From IMG/VR virus record IMGVR_UViG_3300048848_000258, positions 1-39,617 of that record: a stretch of DNA of 39,617 bases, one strand, 5' to 3'. Below the pieces are notes generated by a model. That model was not told the DNA's origin and did no database searches. It was given only the letters and a program-made list of their open reading frames with translations. Of this stretch, positions 1 through 10,600 are shown in pieces (position 1 is the first letter of the stretch; every line of letters starts with the position of its first letter). A program made the translations under genes and the position numbers. This stretch comes from a virus (Duplodnaviria; Caudoviricetes).

Positions 1-75
1 GCCCTGCGCGAGCGTGTCGCATTCGTTCTGCAGGGCTTCGTTGCGGCGCTTCATGGAGCTGATCAACATGGACAT
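1..75 (-). CDS. Hypothetical phage protein, 5' part only (MSMLISSMKRRNEALQNECDTLAQG...)
   Basis: ATG at 75 preceded by AAGGA RBS; frame open to the window edge; co-oriented with the tail operon. Confidence 0.6.
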   Translation of the reverse strand, partial: MSMLISSMKRRNEALQNECDTLAQG

Positions 76-125
76 GCTTAGTTTCCTTGTGAGGTTGTCG
101 TGGATGGAGAGTTTTCTTCGGCGGC

Positions 126-809
126 TCATTCCGCCGCCCAGGTGACGTTACCGGCGGCAGCGATCGCGTCCGCCGTGCCAGCCAGCGCGATCGCCTTCTT
201 CGCGGCCATGCGCTTGGCCTCGACGCCGGCCGAGATGTGCTGCCACGCCGCAAAGGTGTCGACGATCTGCTGTGCCTTCTCGGTCGCGGTCATGTCGTCG
301 GCCTCAGCCTCGGCGACGATGTGCGGGATCCTGTCGTTGGCGATGCTGCTGTTTGCGAGCTTGCCGCGAGCTTCTTCCAGCTTCTGCTGGTAGGCCATGA
401 CCTGCCCGAAGCCGGGCGTGATGAACTGCATCCGGTACGCCTCGGCCGACCGGTCGACCTTCAGGACCGCAGCGGCGCGCAACGCATCGAGATCGACCTC
501 GGCTGCCGGCGGGTTCCACCCGGCGATCAGGCTGCCAAGCGCGTCCGGCAGCACCGGCCAGTCGCCTTCCGTTTCAAACAGAGTGTCCTCTGCCTTGGAG
601 AACTGATCCTCGATCGAGCTGATATCTGCGAGCGGTAGCTGCCAGATCATCTTTGCAGCCGCCGTGTACCAGAAGTCCCGGCCGTTGAAGATCTGCTGAC
701 GGGCAAGCCAGATCGCTGCGCACACGGCCCATCGTTCGGCCCTCTTGGCCTTGACGGCCGCGATGACGGCCTCGGCCATGCATTCGTACATGCTGTCGAT
801 ATTGTACAT
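126..809 (-). CDS. Putative tail fibre assembly/accessory protein
   Basis: Start reassigned to ATG 809 (AAAGGA RBS, just after the tail tip gene stop); position after the fibre gene; C-terminal half (FITPGFGQVMAYQQKLEEA) resembles tail assembly proteins. Confidence 0.65.
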   Translation of the reverse strand: MYNIDSMYECMAEAVIAAVKAKRAERWAVCAAIWLARQQIFNGRDFWYTAAAKMIWQLPLADISSIEDQFSKAEDTLFETEGDWPVLPDALGSLIAGWNPPAAEVDLDALRAAAVLKVDRSAEAYRMQFITPGFGQVMAYQQKLEEARGKLANSSIANDRIPHIVAEAEADDMTATEKAQQIVDTFAAWQHISAGVEAKRMAAKKAIALAGTADAIAAAGNVTWAAE

Positions 810-823
810 TACCGTTCCTTTGC

Positions 824-3800
824 TTAACCGGTTTTCGTGCCGAGCTTCACGCCAATGCGTCCGACGCCGATGGTGAAGTCGGAGGCAGCCGTGTTCTTCT
901 TGATTTCGAGGGCGTAGCTGTAGTTGCCGGACGGCCCCGCCGGCTTCATGTGGATGAGGTAGGCGGAGATGACGTCGTTCACGTCCTGCGACGTGTCGGT
1001 AAAATAGACCTTCCCGTATTCGACATCGGCCGTGTAGGCGCCGTTCAGATACTCCCGAAGGCGGAATTGGACGGAGGCACTCGTGGCGCCACCGAGGTTC
1101 GTGCATCGCACACGGAAGCTCGCAACCACTTCCAGCCCATCCTGCGACGGCTTGGTCACGTCGGCCGAAACTCGCGCCTGGAACGCCGTAGTGATCGTGA
1201 ATGCATCGGGGTTTGAACTGATGCCGAGATAGCCCGTGGCCCGCGCCGCAAGCTTGTCATAGGACACGCCGCCGACCACAAGCTTGTCCGTCGTGACAGA
1301 TCCTGCCTGCAGCATCGCGGTCGTGATCGCGTCCGCAGCGATCTGAGCTGCCTTGATCGCACCATCGACGATCAGCTCGCCGGCGTTGCGCTCGAACGCA
1401 CCAATACTGCCGAAGTAGACCGGCCCACCTGTGTTGTTGCGCTGAACGAACAGCTCGATGATCGCGCTTGCCGCGCCGACAGGAGAGACAAGATTGACGG
1501 TCTGCAGCCCGGTCCCGCCGGCGCCACGGTTGCCCGTACTGGCGTGGTCGTAATAGCTGGCGAGTGCGCCGTTTGCATCGAGCCAGAGAACGCGGATGAA
1601 CGCGTTGTAATTGCTGTTCGAGTAGATGGCCCCGGTGAACCGATAGGATGTCGCCCCTTTAACCGGGAACGAGCGGCTCTGGCAGTTCGTGTAGCTTCCA
1701 GATCCCCAAGGCCCAGCACCAAACTGCATCCCGTTGTAGGACTGGAACAGCCCGTGGTCGCCCCACACGATCCAACCGGGGATCGTACCGACCCAGGCCT
1801 CAGTGGACGTCATCTGGTTGTCCGGCACCAAGTTGCTGAAGTTGGTGATGACGAGCTGCTTTGCAGAGATGGAGTCGGCCGCGATCTCACGCGCACCAAG
1901 GGTATTAGCCTGAAGCTTGTCGCCAGAGATCGTCGCGCCCTGGAGCTTGTCACCCGTAATGGTGCTGCCCTGGATGTTGATAGCCGAGATCGCATTCGCA
2001 GCGATGGTGCCGGCTGTCACGGCGTTGGCCGCGAGCTTGCCGGCCACAACGGAGTTCGCAGCCAGCTCGTTCGCCGTGACGGTCAGAGCGGCGATGTGCG
2101 AGCCGGTGATCGTATCGGCCTTTATCTCGTAGCCGGTGATCGTCGCGGCAAGAAGGCTGTCAGCCGAGATGGTGCGGACCGCGAGCTTGTCCCCTGTGAT
2201 CGTACCACCTGCGATCTTGACCGCCGTGATCGCGTTAGCCGCGATCTGGTCGGCCGACACGGCGCCTACCGCGATCGTGCCGGCAGTCACCGCGTTCGCT
2301 GCGATCGTGCCGGCCGTCACGGCGCCTGCGGCCAATTTCCCAACTGTGATCGCGCCGGCAGCAATTTTGTCCGCTGTGATCGCGTTGGTGACGATGTTGC
2401 CAGCGTCGATCAAAGTGACGCCGGCCGGCCCCCAGGGAGAAAGCTCCGTCTGGTTCGGATTGCATTCGCCAAAGTAAGGCAGCGCAAGCCACGTGTAGCT
2501 GTCGACACCATACGCTGCAGAATGGCCCCAGCAGCGGAAGAAGACATAGGCGAAGGCCGTGCCGGCTGGCGCGGGATTAAGTCTGCCTCCGATGCGTGGA
2601 TAGTTGCTCAGCTGACCCTGTGGATCGAAGTTTTGATGCGACGGACCATCATACCAGGCGTAGCCGAGGTTGTTGCCGTTCAGATCCCGCCAGTCAACGT
2701 GGGCACGGACGTAGTTGCTGCGGTGACCGAAGGCGTAGATTGAGATCTCATAGTTACCTCCAGCCTTGACCGGAAACCTCATGATCTGCTTCGTGGCAGG
2801 ATCGATTGGAGAGACGTCAGCGAACTGATCGTTCACCTGGGCTCCGCGCTGCAGAACCTGAAGCGAACCTGTCCCCGCGATGCCATATTTGTCGGTGCGC
2901 ATTTCGAGGATAGGGTTGCCCCAGTCGCCTCCCGAGGCGTTCGCCTGCCAGCCGGTTGTTCCTGCCCGCAGATCCGAGTTCGGGATCATATTGCGGCCGG
3001 TTCCAACCGCCAGCTTATCCGCGCTGATGGCGCCTGCCGCAATCTTTGCGGCCGTGATCGCATTAGCAGCGATCTGGTCGGCAGAGACCGCGCCCACAGC
3101 GATCTTTCCAGCAACGATTGCGTTGGCTGCGATTTCGTTGGCCGTTACAGCGTTCGCAGCGATCTTGTCGGTCGTTACCGAGTCAGGACCGATCTGAGTG
3201 GACGTGATCTGACCCGTGACGTCGACCGCCGGTACGCTCGCTGTGAAAGAGCCTCCGGTGTATCGATAGAGCTTGCCGTCCGTCGTGAGGAAGACAGTCC
3301 TGCCCTGAACATTGCCGGTCGTCGGAAGAGCCGAGACGGTCTCGACCGGACGGATGCCCGAAGCGAACTTCGTGGCGTCGATCGCCGCAGCGGCCAGCTT
3401 CTGCGCAGTGATGGCCGCATCTGCGATCTGCGAGCTGATGATCGTGCCGGAGATCTCCACGGCCGGAACGGACGCCGAGTAGGCGCCGTTGGTCCAGCGA
3501 TAGAGCTTGCCGTCGACCGTGATGATCTCTTGCGTCTTCGTCGTCGGGACGACGGTACCTGCGACAACGCCGATCGGTTGGATGCCGGCCGCGAACTTCG
3601 TGGCATCGACGGCCTGGGCGGCAAGCTTGTCGCGCTCGATCGCGCCATCGGCGACCTTCGACGCGATGACAGCACCGTCCTGGATCTTAGAGATCGTGAC
3701 AGCGGCATCGGCGAGCTTGGCGGCGATGACCGCACCATCCGAGATCAGCAGCGACGTCACCGCAGCCAAGGCGATCTTTGCTGTCGTCACCGCCTGATTG

Positions 3801-5899
3801 GCGAGCTTGACGCCGGTCACCGCTTCGTCTGCGATCTTGGACGCGGAGATCGCGGCCTCGGCGATCTTCTGCTGCGTCACAGCGTTGTCAATCAGGTCCG
3901 CTGACGAGAATCCGATGTCCGCCGTCGTCACTGAGATCCAAGCTGACGGGTCTGTCTTTCGAGCAGAAAACGGAACAAGCCTTCCCTGCACCTCATATTC
4001 CGTTGCAGGCCAGAGCCAGAGTCCGGTTAAGATCCACGCGCCTGTCGCAGACGCGTAGGGAAACTGATCGCTGTCAAAGACGATGGCGCCCGTTGCCTTC
4101 AGTCGCACTTTTACCCACACGCTTCTGACATCGTCGAGGTTGGCAGCGGCTGTGACCACGATCGCCGGTCGCCGGGAAACGCCGTTCGCATCCGTGATCG
4201 TCGTGGCCGTGACGGTCCAGCCTTCCATAGGCTGTGTCGGCACGAGCATCGGACCGAGATAGCCGGAGGATGTTGGCAGATCGAATGTCGGCGACCAGTC
4301 ATAATCGGCCGGGTCGATCTCTCGGATCGTTACCAGCTGGTTCATGGTCACCTCGCCTTGGATATCGACGATGATGAACTTCTTGTTGGAGTAGCCGTTG
4401 CGTGCCGACGACCAGGCGATGACGTCGTTCGGCTCCAGCACCCACGCCTCAGGCGGCAGCCAGAAGCGGTGCGTGTGGAAACGGCGTTCTTCCTTGATCA
4501 TCGCGCGGCGGATGCGCTGTGCCTGGCGCGCAAACGGCACGGCTGGCAGCTGGACGTCAGCCGCCAGCACACGGTTGCCGTCGACCTCAAACAGCGTCTT
4601 ACCCGTGGCGGGGTCAAGCGTGTCCTTTGCCGTCAACGCCGGCGCGTCTTTCGTGACCCACTTCTCGTCAGGGTTTGGATAGCTGATGTTGATCTGGTTA
4701 ATCGTGTCGTCGAGCGTCGGAAACGGCTCGAACGTCTGAACCTTCGTAACCACGATATCAGCATCAGTGAAGCTGAAGACGGCGGCCCCAAAGGCGCCGA
4801 TCTGGATCTTGAACGAGCCACCGACTTCCGCGATCCGTCCATTGCAGGCAGCCCGCAGATTGTCGATGACGTCGAGAGGTTCCATGTCGCCGGTGATCTC
4901 AATGCCGGCACGGAACTGCGGCTCTGATGGCTGCCCCGCGATCTCGATCAGACGACCAGCCTCGTTTGCAGCGGCGATCCAGTTCGACGATGGCAGGCGG
5001 GATGCGGCCAGGTCCTGACCGCCGAAGAACCAGTCGCCGTTGTAGCTCAAGCCGCGGATGACGTTGTAGGTCATCACGACGGCGTTGACCGAGGGCTCCC
5101 AGGTCGATTGGTCGTTCCAGCGCTGCGGGCCGTTACCGCCATTGGTGGAATCCTTGCGGATGTCATAGAGCGGTATGCCGCGCGACACGATCAGGGTGTT
5201 GGGAACCGTGTTGAAATACTTTGGCCGATAGCGATAGGTCATGACGGCGTAAGGCACGCCGCGACCGATCATTGTCGCAAGCCAAGGCCGATCTTCCAGG
5301 TCGCCGAACGTCTCCAGCAAAAACGGATCGGTCGCCGTCTGCGTCCCGTTGTAGAACTTGATCCACGCATAGTCGTCGATGCCGCTCCCGACATCGCCGT
5401 CCCGGTCGTCGTCGTCCCGGAATTCCTTGATCGGATAGCCGTTCTCATCGGGTGTTTCCCCTGTGAGAATGGTCACCTTCTGATCGTCAACCCAGAGATC
5501 AATATCCTGAAGAAGCGTCTTCGACATCGGCAGATTGCCAAGCTCGATGACCTGGGTGAGATAGGCGTTCGGTGTCTTCCGGAACTTCCCCCAAGTGGCG
5601 ACGTAGTTTCGCTTGCCAGCGGTCGGGTAGTAGCCGATCACGGCTGACACCGGGATGTCGTCGCCAATTTCGATATCGAGCTTGACGCCAATCGCCTTCT
5701 GCTCAGGCTTCTTCGTCAGAACCTTCTGGAGAAGCGAGACGGCGACGTTGAGCACGATGCCCAAGACGACCTTGCCGATCGTTGTCGCTGCGATGGCTGA
5801 GAACAGCGCAGGAATGCCGAGCAGCGGTCCTGCCTGAGCAGGCTCCGCCGCCGCCAGCACGCACCATGCGACGTTCAAAAGCAGATTGAAAAGCTTCAT
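824..5899 (-). CDS. Tail tip / host-specificity protein (J-like) with fibre repeats and putative receptor-binding domains
   Basis: 1691 aa; N-terminal J-like hub region (GIPLYDIRKD, GRIAEVGG) followed by many 10-aa AITAxKIAAG-like repeats and Trp/Tyr-rich globular inserts; last large gene of the tail operon. Confidence 0.9.
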   Translation of the reverse strand: MKLFNLLLNVAWCVLAAAEPAQAGPLLGIPALFSAIAATTIGKVVLGIVLNVAVSLLQKVLTKKPEQKAIGVKLDIEIGDDIPVSAVIGYYPTAGKRNYVATWGKFRKTPNAYLTQVIELGNLPMSKTLLQDIDLWVDDQKVTILTGETPDENGYPIKEFRDDDDRDGDVGSGIDDYAWIKFYNGTQTATDPFLLETFGDLEDRPWLATMIGRGVPYAVMTYRYRPKYFNTVPNTLIVSRGIPLYDIRKDSTNGGNGPQRWNDQSTWEPSVNAVVMTYNVIRGLSYNGDWFFGGQDLAASRLPSSNWIAAANEAGRLIEIAGQPSEPQFRAGIEITGDMEPLDVIDNLRAACNGRIAEVGGSFKIQIGAFGAAVFSFTDADIVVTKVQTFEPFPTLDDTINQINISYPNPDEKWVTKDAPALTAKDTLDPATGKTLFEVDGNRVLAADVQLPAVPFARQAQRIRRAMIKEERRFHTHRFWLPPEAWVLEPNDVIAWSSARNGYSNKKFIIVDIQGEVTMNQLVTIREIDPADYDWSPTFDLPTSSGYLGPMLVPTQPMEGWTVTATTITDANGVSRRPAIVVTAAANLDDVRSVWVKVRLKATGAIVFDSDQFPYASATGAWILTGLWLWPATEYEVQGRLVPFSARKTDPSAWISVTTADIGFSSADLIDNAVTQQKIAEAAISASKIADEAVTGVKLANQAVTTAKIALAAVTSLLISDGAVIAAKLADAAVTISKIQDGAVIASKVADGAIERDKLAAQAVDATKFAAGIQPIGVVAGTVVPTTKTQEIITVDGKLYRWTNGAYSASVPAVEISGTIISSQIADAAITAQKLAAAAIDATKFASGIRPVETVSALPTTGNVQGRTVFLTTDGKLYRYTGGSFTASVPAVDVTGQITSTQIGPDSVTTDKIAANAVTANEIAANAIVAGKIAVGAVSADQIAANAITAAKIAAGAISADKLAVGTGRNMIPNSDLRAGTTGWQANASGGDWGNPILEMRTDKYGIAGTGSLQVLQRGAQVNDQFADVSPIDPATKQIMRFPVKAGGNYEISIYAFGHRSNYVRAHVDWRDLNGNNLGYAWYDGPSHQNFDPQGQLSNYPRIGGRLNPAPAGTAFAYVFFRCWGHSAAYGVDSYTWLALPYFGECNPNQTELSPWGPAGVTLIDAGNIVTNAITADKIAAGAITVGKLAAGAVTAGTIAANAVTAGTIAVGAVSADQIAANAITAVKIAGGTITGDKLAVRTISADSLLAATITGYEIKADTITGSHIAALTVTANELAANSVVAGKLAANAVTAGTIAANAISAINIQGSTITGDKLQGATISGDKLQANTLGAREIAADSISAKQLVITNFSNLVPDNQMTSTEAWVGTIPGWIVWGDHGLFQSYNGMQFGAGPWGSGSYTNCQSRSFPVKGATSYRFTGAIYSNSNYNAFIRVLWLDANGALASYYDHASTGNRGAGGTGLQTVNLVSPVGAASAIIELFVQRNNTGGPVYFGSIGAFERNAGELIVDGAIKAAQIAADAITTAMLQAGSVTTDKLVVGGVSYDKLAARATGYLGISSNPDAFTITTAFQARVSADVTKPSQDGLEVVASFRVRCTNLGGATSASVQFRLREYLNGAYTADVEYGKVYFTDTSQDVNDVISAYLIHMKPAGPSGNYSYALEIKKNTAASDFTIGVGRIGVKLGTKTG

Positions 5900-5902
5900 G
5901 GA

Positions 5903-6331
5903 TTATCCGACCCGGAAGGCGCGCACCGCAACTGCACGGTCAATATGGTTGATACCCGTCTCGGCAAGCGTGAAGATCCGCTCGCCGTTGAGCACACCGA
6001 GGGAATGGCCGAACGGCGTGGTCACCGGCATTGCCATGATGTCACCGATCTGCGCTTCAGACGGATGGGCATATTCCGGCAGGTAGGCGGCAACCATGTC
6101 GGCAAGATCCGTGAAGCCCGCCGCGCGCATCACCCGGTAAGCAGACGCGGCATCGTCATAGGTGCCATCGAACTCGGCGTAGAGATTCTCGCCGGTCAGC
6201 ACCTCGACAATGCGGCCGACGAATTTGCATGCGCAGTCGTTGGTCTTCCAGTCGAACGGCTCGCGCCGCATGTCGTCCAACACATCGTTGAACGGCCCGA
6301 CCCATAGCGGGCGTCGCTTCAGCTCGATCAT
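5903..6331 (-). CDS. Tail-associated NlpC/P60-like protein
   Basis: PFDWKTNDCA Cys motif, AQIGDI and HSLGV His motif; ATGA overlap with the upstream gene; position equivalent to lambda K. Confidence 0.75.
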   Translation of the reverse strand: MIELKRRPLWVGPFNDVLDDMRREPFDWKTNDCACKFVGRIVEVLTGENLYAEFDGTYDDAASAYRVMRAAGFTDLADMVAAYLPEYAHPSEAQIGDIMAMPVTTPFGHSLGVLNGERIFTLAETGINHIDRAVAVRAFRVG

Positions 6332-6954
6332 TCTTGCCCCCAGTTCGGCTTCCAGTTTTTGACGGCGCCGGCATACTTGCGCCACTCGTCGCCCTGCCGT
6401 CGCTTCTGCTCTTCGGCTGAGGACTTTGCCGGGTTCTTGCGTGTCAGCATCGAGATCGCGTCGGAGACCGTGTTGATCTTGACGCTTCCTGACTGGCTAC
6501 CGACTGGCGGTGTCTCGATCGGAGAACCGTCTACCTCACCCAGCCACACCAGTGCAGGCGGCGCGGCCAGCAGGCGCGATGTCGGATCGAGCAGCGCATC
6601 CCAGATCTCGACCTTGGCCTGACGGATGTTCACGCCGCGGACGGCTTCTTGCACGGCCGGTGCGATCTGGCTTGCCGTGAGGGCAACGGTCTGGATGGTC
6701 AGATTGGCAACGCGTGGGATGGCGCTCACCATCAGGTTGACGCCACCGAAGAAAAGCCGCGTGGACGTTGCCCCGGTCAGGCCGCTCGTAACGGTGATGT
6801 CTTGGTCATCGTTCTCTGACCAGAAGCTGATCGGGTCGAGGAGTGCGCCCGTGGTAATCGACCGGCCGGTGATGCTGACCAGCTTGCGAGGCACGATCCC
6901 GCGTTCGCGCGCATTGACTAGCGCGGCGTAGAAGTCAGGATGAGGATCTCTCAT
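6328..6954 (-). CDS. Minor tail / baseplate hub protein
   Basis: Coupled ORF between the distal tail gene and the NlpC-like gene; C-terminal QKRRQGDEW...WG pattern typical of this position. Confidence 0.7.
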   Translation of the reverse strand: MRDPHPDFYAALVNARERGIVPRKLVSITGRSITTGALLDPISFWSENDDQDITVTSGLTGATSTRLFFGGVNLMVSAIPRVANLTIQTVALTASQIAPAVQEAVRGVNIRQAKVEIWDALLDPTSRLLAAPPALVWLGEVDGSPIETPPVGSQSGSVKINTVSDAISMLTRKNPAKSSAEEQKRRQGDEWRKYAGAVKNWKPNWGQE

Positions 6955-7604
6955 TTCTTCTGGATCACCTTGAAGCCGGCGCCCTCGGTGTGCAGCTTGC
7001 GAGCTGTTCCAGGGTTATGTGTGCCGGGGAAAATGGCGCATTTGCAGAAAGGCTTGGCAAGCCGGACGTCGAGGCCGCCGCTGATGCCGGACGGGATGTG
7101 CGGGAACACGCCCACCATTCCCGTCACGCCGGAACCAGACGCTGCGACCGTCTCCGAGACCTCGAAGAACCCCACACGCTGGGGGTTGCTCCCGTACAGG
7201 ATGGTGAGCTTGTCGCCGACCGTCAGGACATAGCCGGCTGGGAGCCCGGCAAAGGACATCGAGGCGCGGTCGGTGTCGATATTGAGCACCTTGACGCTGG
7301 CACTACCGAGTACGGCGCCTGCAGGGTCGGACTGCGGATAGAGCGAGAGCGGATCGCAAAGGTAAAAGCTCTCCTGCGTGCCGTGCAGCTTGCGGATCAT
7401 AGCCGCAATTTGCTTGGCGCGATTATTGGACAGCATGATCAGCTCGACCGTTCCGATCCAGAGCGGGCTGGACAGTTCGGCTTGCCAGAACCGGCCGTCA
7501 CCGCCAGCCGACGTCTCGTCGTTGCGCTGGATGTCCCAGATCACAGTCGAGATTGCCAGCTGATCGGCGAAGACGGCAAGGCTGTAGGGATATGCGACCG
7601 TCAT
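6951..7604 (-). CDS. Distal tail protein (Dit-like)
   Basis: Immediately downstream of the tape measure gene with ATGA overlap; 217 aa. Confidence 0.7.
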   Translation of the reverse strand: MTVAYPYSLAVFADQLAISTVIWDIQRNDETSAGGDGRFWQAELSSPLWIGTVELIMLSNNRAKQIAAMIRKLHGTQESFYLCDPLSLYPQSDPAGAVLGSASVKVLNIDTDRASMSFAGLPAGYVLTVGDKLTILYGSNPQRVGFFEVSETVAASGSGVTGMVGVFPHIPSGISGGLDVRLAKPFCKCAIFPGTHNPGTARKLHTEGAGFKVIQKK

Positions 7605-10600
7605 CGCACGGCCTTTCTCTTGCGCGGGTTCTGCCTATGGCCGTTGATGACGTCGAAGATGTTGGCGTCATAGTCTTCGACGGCTTCGCCTGCAGCACGC
7701 TGTCCCTGTTGGTAGGAGATGTTCTCGACATAGGTCTGCAGGGTTCCATCCTGCTCCATGCGTGTGACGACCTCGACCTTTACTTTGTCTCCAGCGCCTG
7801 ACCCCGTATTGTCGTTCAAAGAGTTCGGGATGGTCGAGCGGCGTGAAGGTGTGGTGGCAGGGCCGCCAACAAGGCCGCCGCCGGCATATCCCTGCCAGCC
7901 GAGCCGCATACCCTCAACGGCTCCAATGCCGCCGGCGCGAGCGATGTCCATCTGCGACCAGACGATTTCGCCCTTATGGACAACGCCGGCTGGCTCATTG
8001 ATCCCACCCGGTCCGGTGTAGCCGCCGCCCGCCTTGCCGGTCATCAGGAAGCCGCCCAGCGTCGTGTTCGGCGCCCAAAACGAGCTGGTCGGGTCGATAC
8101 CGCCAAGCAGACTGCCGAGGCCGCCAAGAAGGCTGCTCGGGCTGTTGGCGCCAGAGGCCGCGTTCATAAGCTGCTGGCTGAACTGACCAAGACCGGCGCC
8201 GAAGTCACCAACACCCTTCAACGCGCCTGACGTAGCGTCCGTCAGTCCGCCAAGATTGGTGGCAGCCTCATTTGAATTCGCTGCCATTCGCTCCACGGCC
8301 GCTGCAGCCGTGTCCGAGTTCATGCCTTCACTGTTGGCCCTAGGCCAAAGCGACCGCTGGCTGGAGTTGAGACCGCCCTCCCAGGACCCGCCACCCATGC
8401 CGGCACGCTTGCCGCCAAGGTCAAAGTGCATCGTGTCGACGGCGCCGTACTTCCCCTTGCCGCCGCCGAAGTAGCCGCCCCAACGGAGGTCCTGAGCGAG
8501 TTCCGGGTATTTTTCCATCTGGACGGAGCGGGCCGTCTGAGCGAACTGCTCATAGGTGCGGAAACTGGACGCATCCTGGTAATTACCGAGCATCTTTCCC
8601 GACGACAGGTCTGTGAGCTTGACGTCAGTTGCCAGACCCTGACCATGGAAACGCGGATCGCCCGCACGAAAACCCGACATGGCATCGACCTTGAAGCCGG
8701 GGAACCGCTGGGCAGCCGTGTTCAGGATGTCCGTCAGCTTCGCGTCGACACCGCTCTTGTAGTTCCCGACGAAGCTCAAGGCAGAACCGGCAGCACTGCG
8801 GGCGGCATTGTCATTGGCCGCGGAAGCAACCGCGCTTGCAATGCCAGCGCCAGCGGAGGCGGCCGGAGCTGCAGCGGGCGCAGCAGCGCCACCAATCAGG
8901 CTGAAGATCCCTGTTCCCGCCGTCGAGCCGCTGCCCGGCTTGCCGATGATGCTTGAGACGAAGCTGTCGATCAGGCTGTCGGTGATCCGGTTCGTGACCT
9001 TCATCAGACCGTTCAGCAGCGCATTCCCGAAGGCTTCGCCGATGCTGTCACCCTGCTGGAGCCCTTCCCGGAAGTCGGTGAAGAAACCGGTAATGCCTTC
9101 GCGCAAGGATGCCAGCTGCATGTTCTGGCGCATGATCAGAGCGTCTTCCGACGACAGGTCGACGGAGAGCCCGGCGCCGCGCTGGCGAGAGGCTATCTGC
9201 TGGTCGCCGGAGGAGCGGTAAAGCTGGTCGCGCTCGAACTGAAGATCGTTCGACAGCTGCGCCCGCGCCCGTGTCTCCGCAAGCCGCCCATGGGCTGCCG
9301 CCGCCTGGTTGAGCAGATCGATCTCTTGACCGAACACACGCTGGAACTCGGTTTCCGACGTGATGCCGTTGCGCGCCGCTTCCGTGCGGAGCTGCGACAG
9401 GAGCGAATATTGCGACTGCAGCTCGGTGGTCTTGCCAACGGTTTGGCCGATGACCGTGACTTCGAGTTCCTGCTGGCGGATGCCGTCTTGCAAAGAGCGC
9501 ATCCGCTCCTGCTGAGCTTCTGACAGTTGATACTCCGCCTGGACGCGGGCCTGCGTGCCGGCCATGGCGATCCGCGACTGCCGGGCCGCTGCGTCCTCAC
9601 CATCGACGATCTGGACGCCGGCCTGTGCGCGAGCGGCCGCCTCTTTGTCCGCCGGGGACTTGGCGCGCATAGCGGCCATATCGGCATCGTATTGGCGCAC
9701 GCGCTGGCTCTGCGCTTCTTTCAGCTCATGTTCGGCGCGTGTCAGTGCCTGCGTTTCCGCAAGCTGGATGCGCATGGTTCGAGTTGCGACTGACTCTCTT
9801 GGATCATAGGTGTTTTCTTCCCGCTGACGCGCAACGCTCGCGTGCTCGGCAGGCGTGCGAGCTCGAAGCTCTGCCGCCTCTAGATCCGCAGATCGCTGCA
9901 TCGAGAGCTGACGGAAGGACTGGTCAGCCGCAAATGCCGCGCCGGCGTCGCCATAGCTTCGGCTTCCCGCATTCTGCAGCGCCCGCTGCGCCCGCTCCAT
10001 CTCCGTCAAAGCCTGTGTGGCTGCCTGCAGAGGCGCAACCAGCTTGGCGATCTCGTCAGCCTGCTTTGCATATTCAGGTTTCAGGGCAGCGGTCTTGTAG
10101 AGGCTGTCATAGAAGGCTTCGAAGTCGGGCTTGCCGGCCTTTACGCCGTTACGAAGGTCTGTGATCGCGTCGTTGAACGCTGCGAAATCCTGACCAAAAT
10201 ATGTACTCTTGGCGACATAGCCACCACGCGTGAGCGTCCCGACTTCACCGAAGAACTCTTCGCCGGCGGCTTTCGTCGAGTTACGCAGGCTGCGGATATC
10301 AGCGCCGGTCTGGAAGTTGAGCGCGTTGACGCCTTGCATCGAGAAGCTTCTGGCCTTCTCAATGAGCGTGCCATACCGCTCTTCCAGGGCCTTCAGCACG
10401 TTCCCGTGGTTCTGTAAGACGGCGTCGAGCTTTTTGGTATCTTCCTCGGACGTCGCCAAGCCAATCCCGAACTGGATGGCAGCAGCCGCACCCGCCGTCA
10501 GTCCGATGGTCGCGAGAGATAACGGACTGACCAAGCCGGCAAGCGCTGCACCCGTCGTGGTCACAGCGTCTTTCAGACCCATTCCGGCAAAGCCCCCTGC

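Noticed and set aside
810-1106. N-terminal extension of the 126-1106 ORF
   Set aside because: Overlaps the tail tip gene in another frame; the RBS-supported start is at 809
824-3900. Diversity-generating retroelement or invertible tail-fibre cassette
   Set aside because: No reverse transcriptase or invertase in the window; repeat differences fall at codon wobble positions rather than being adenine-specific
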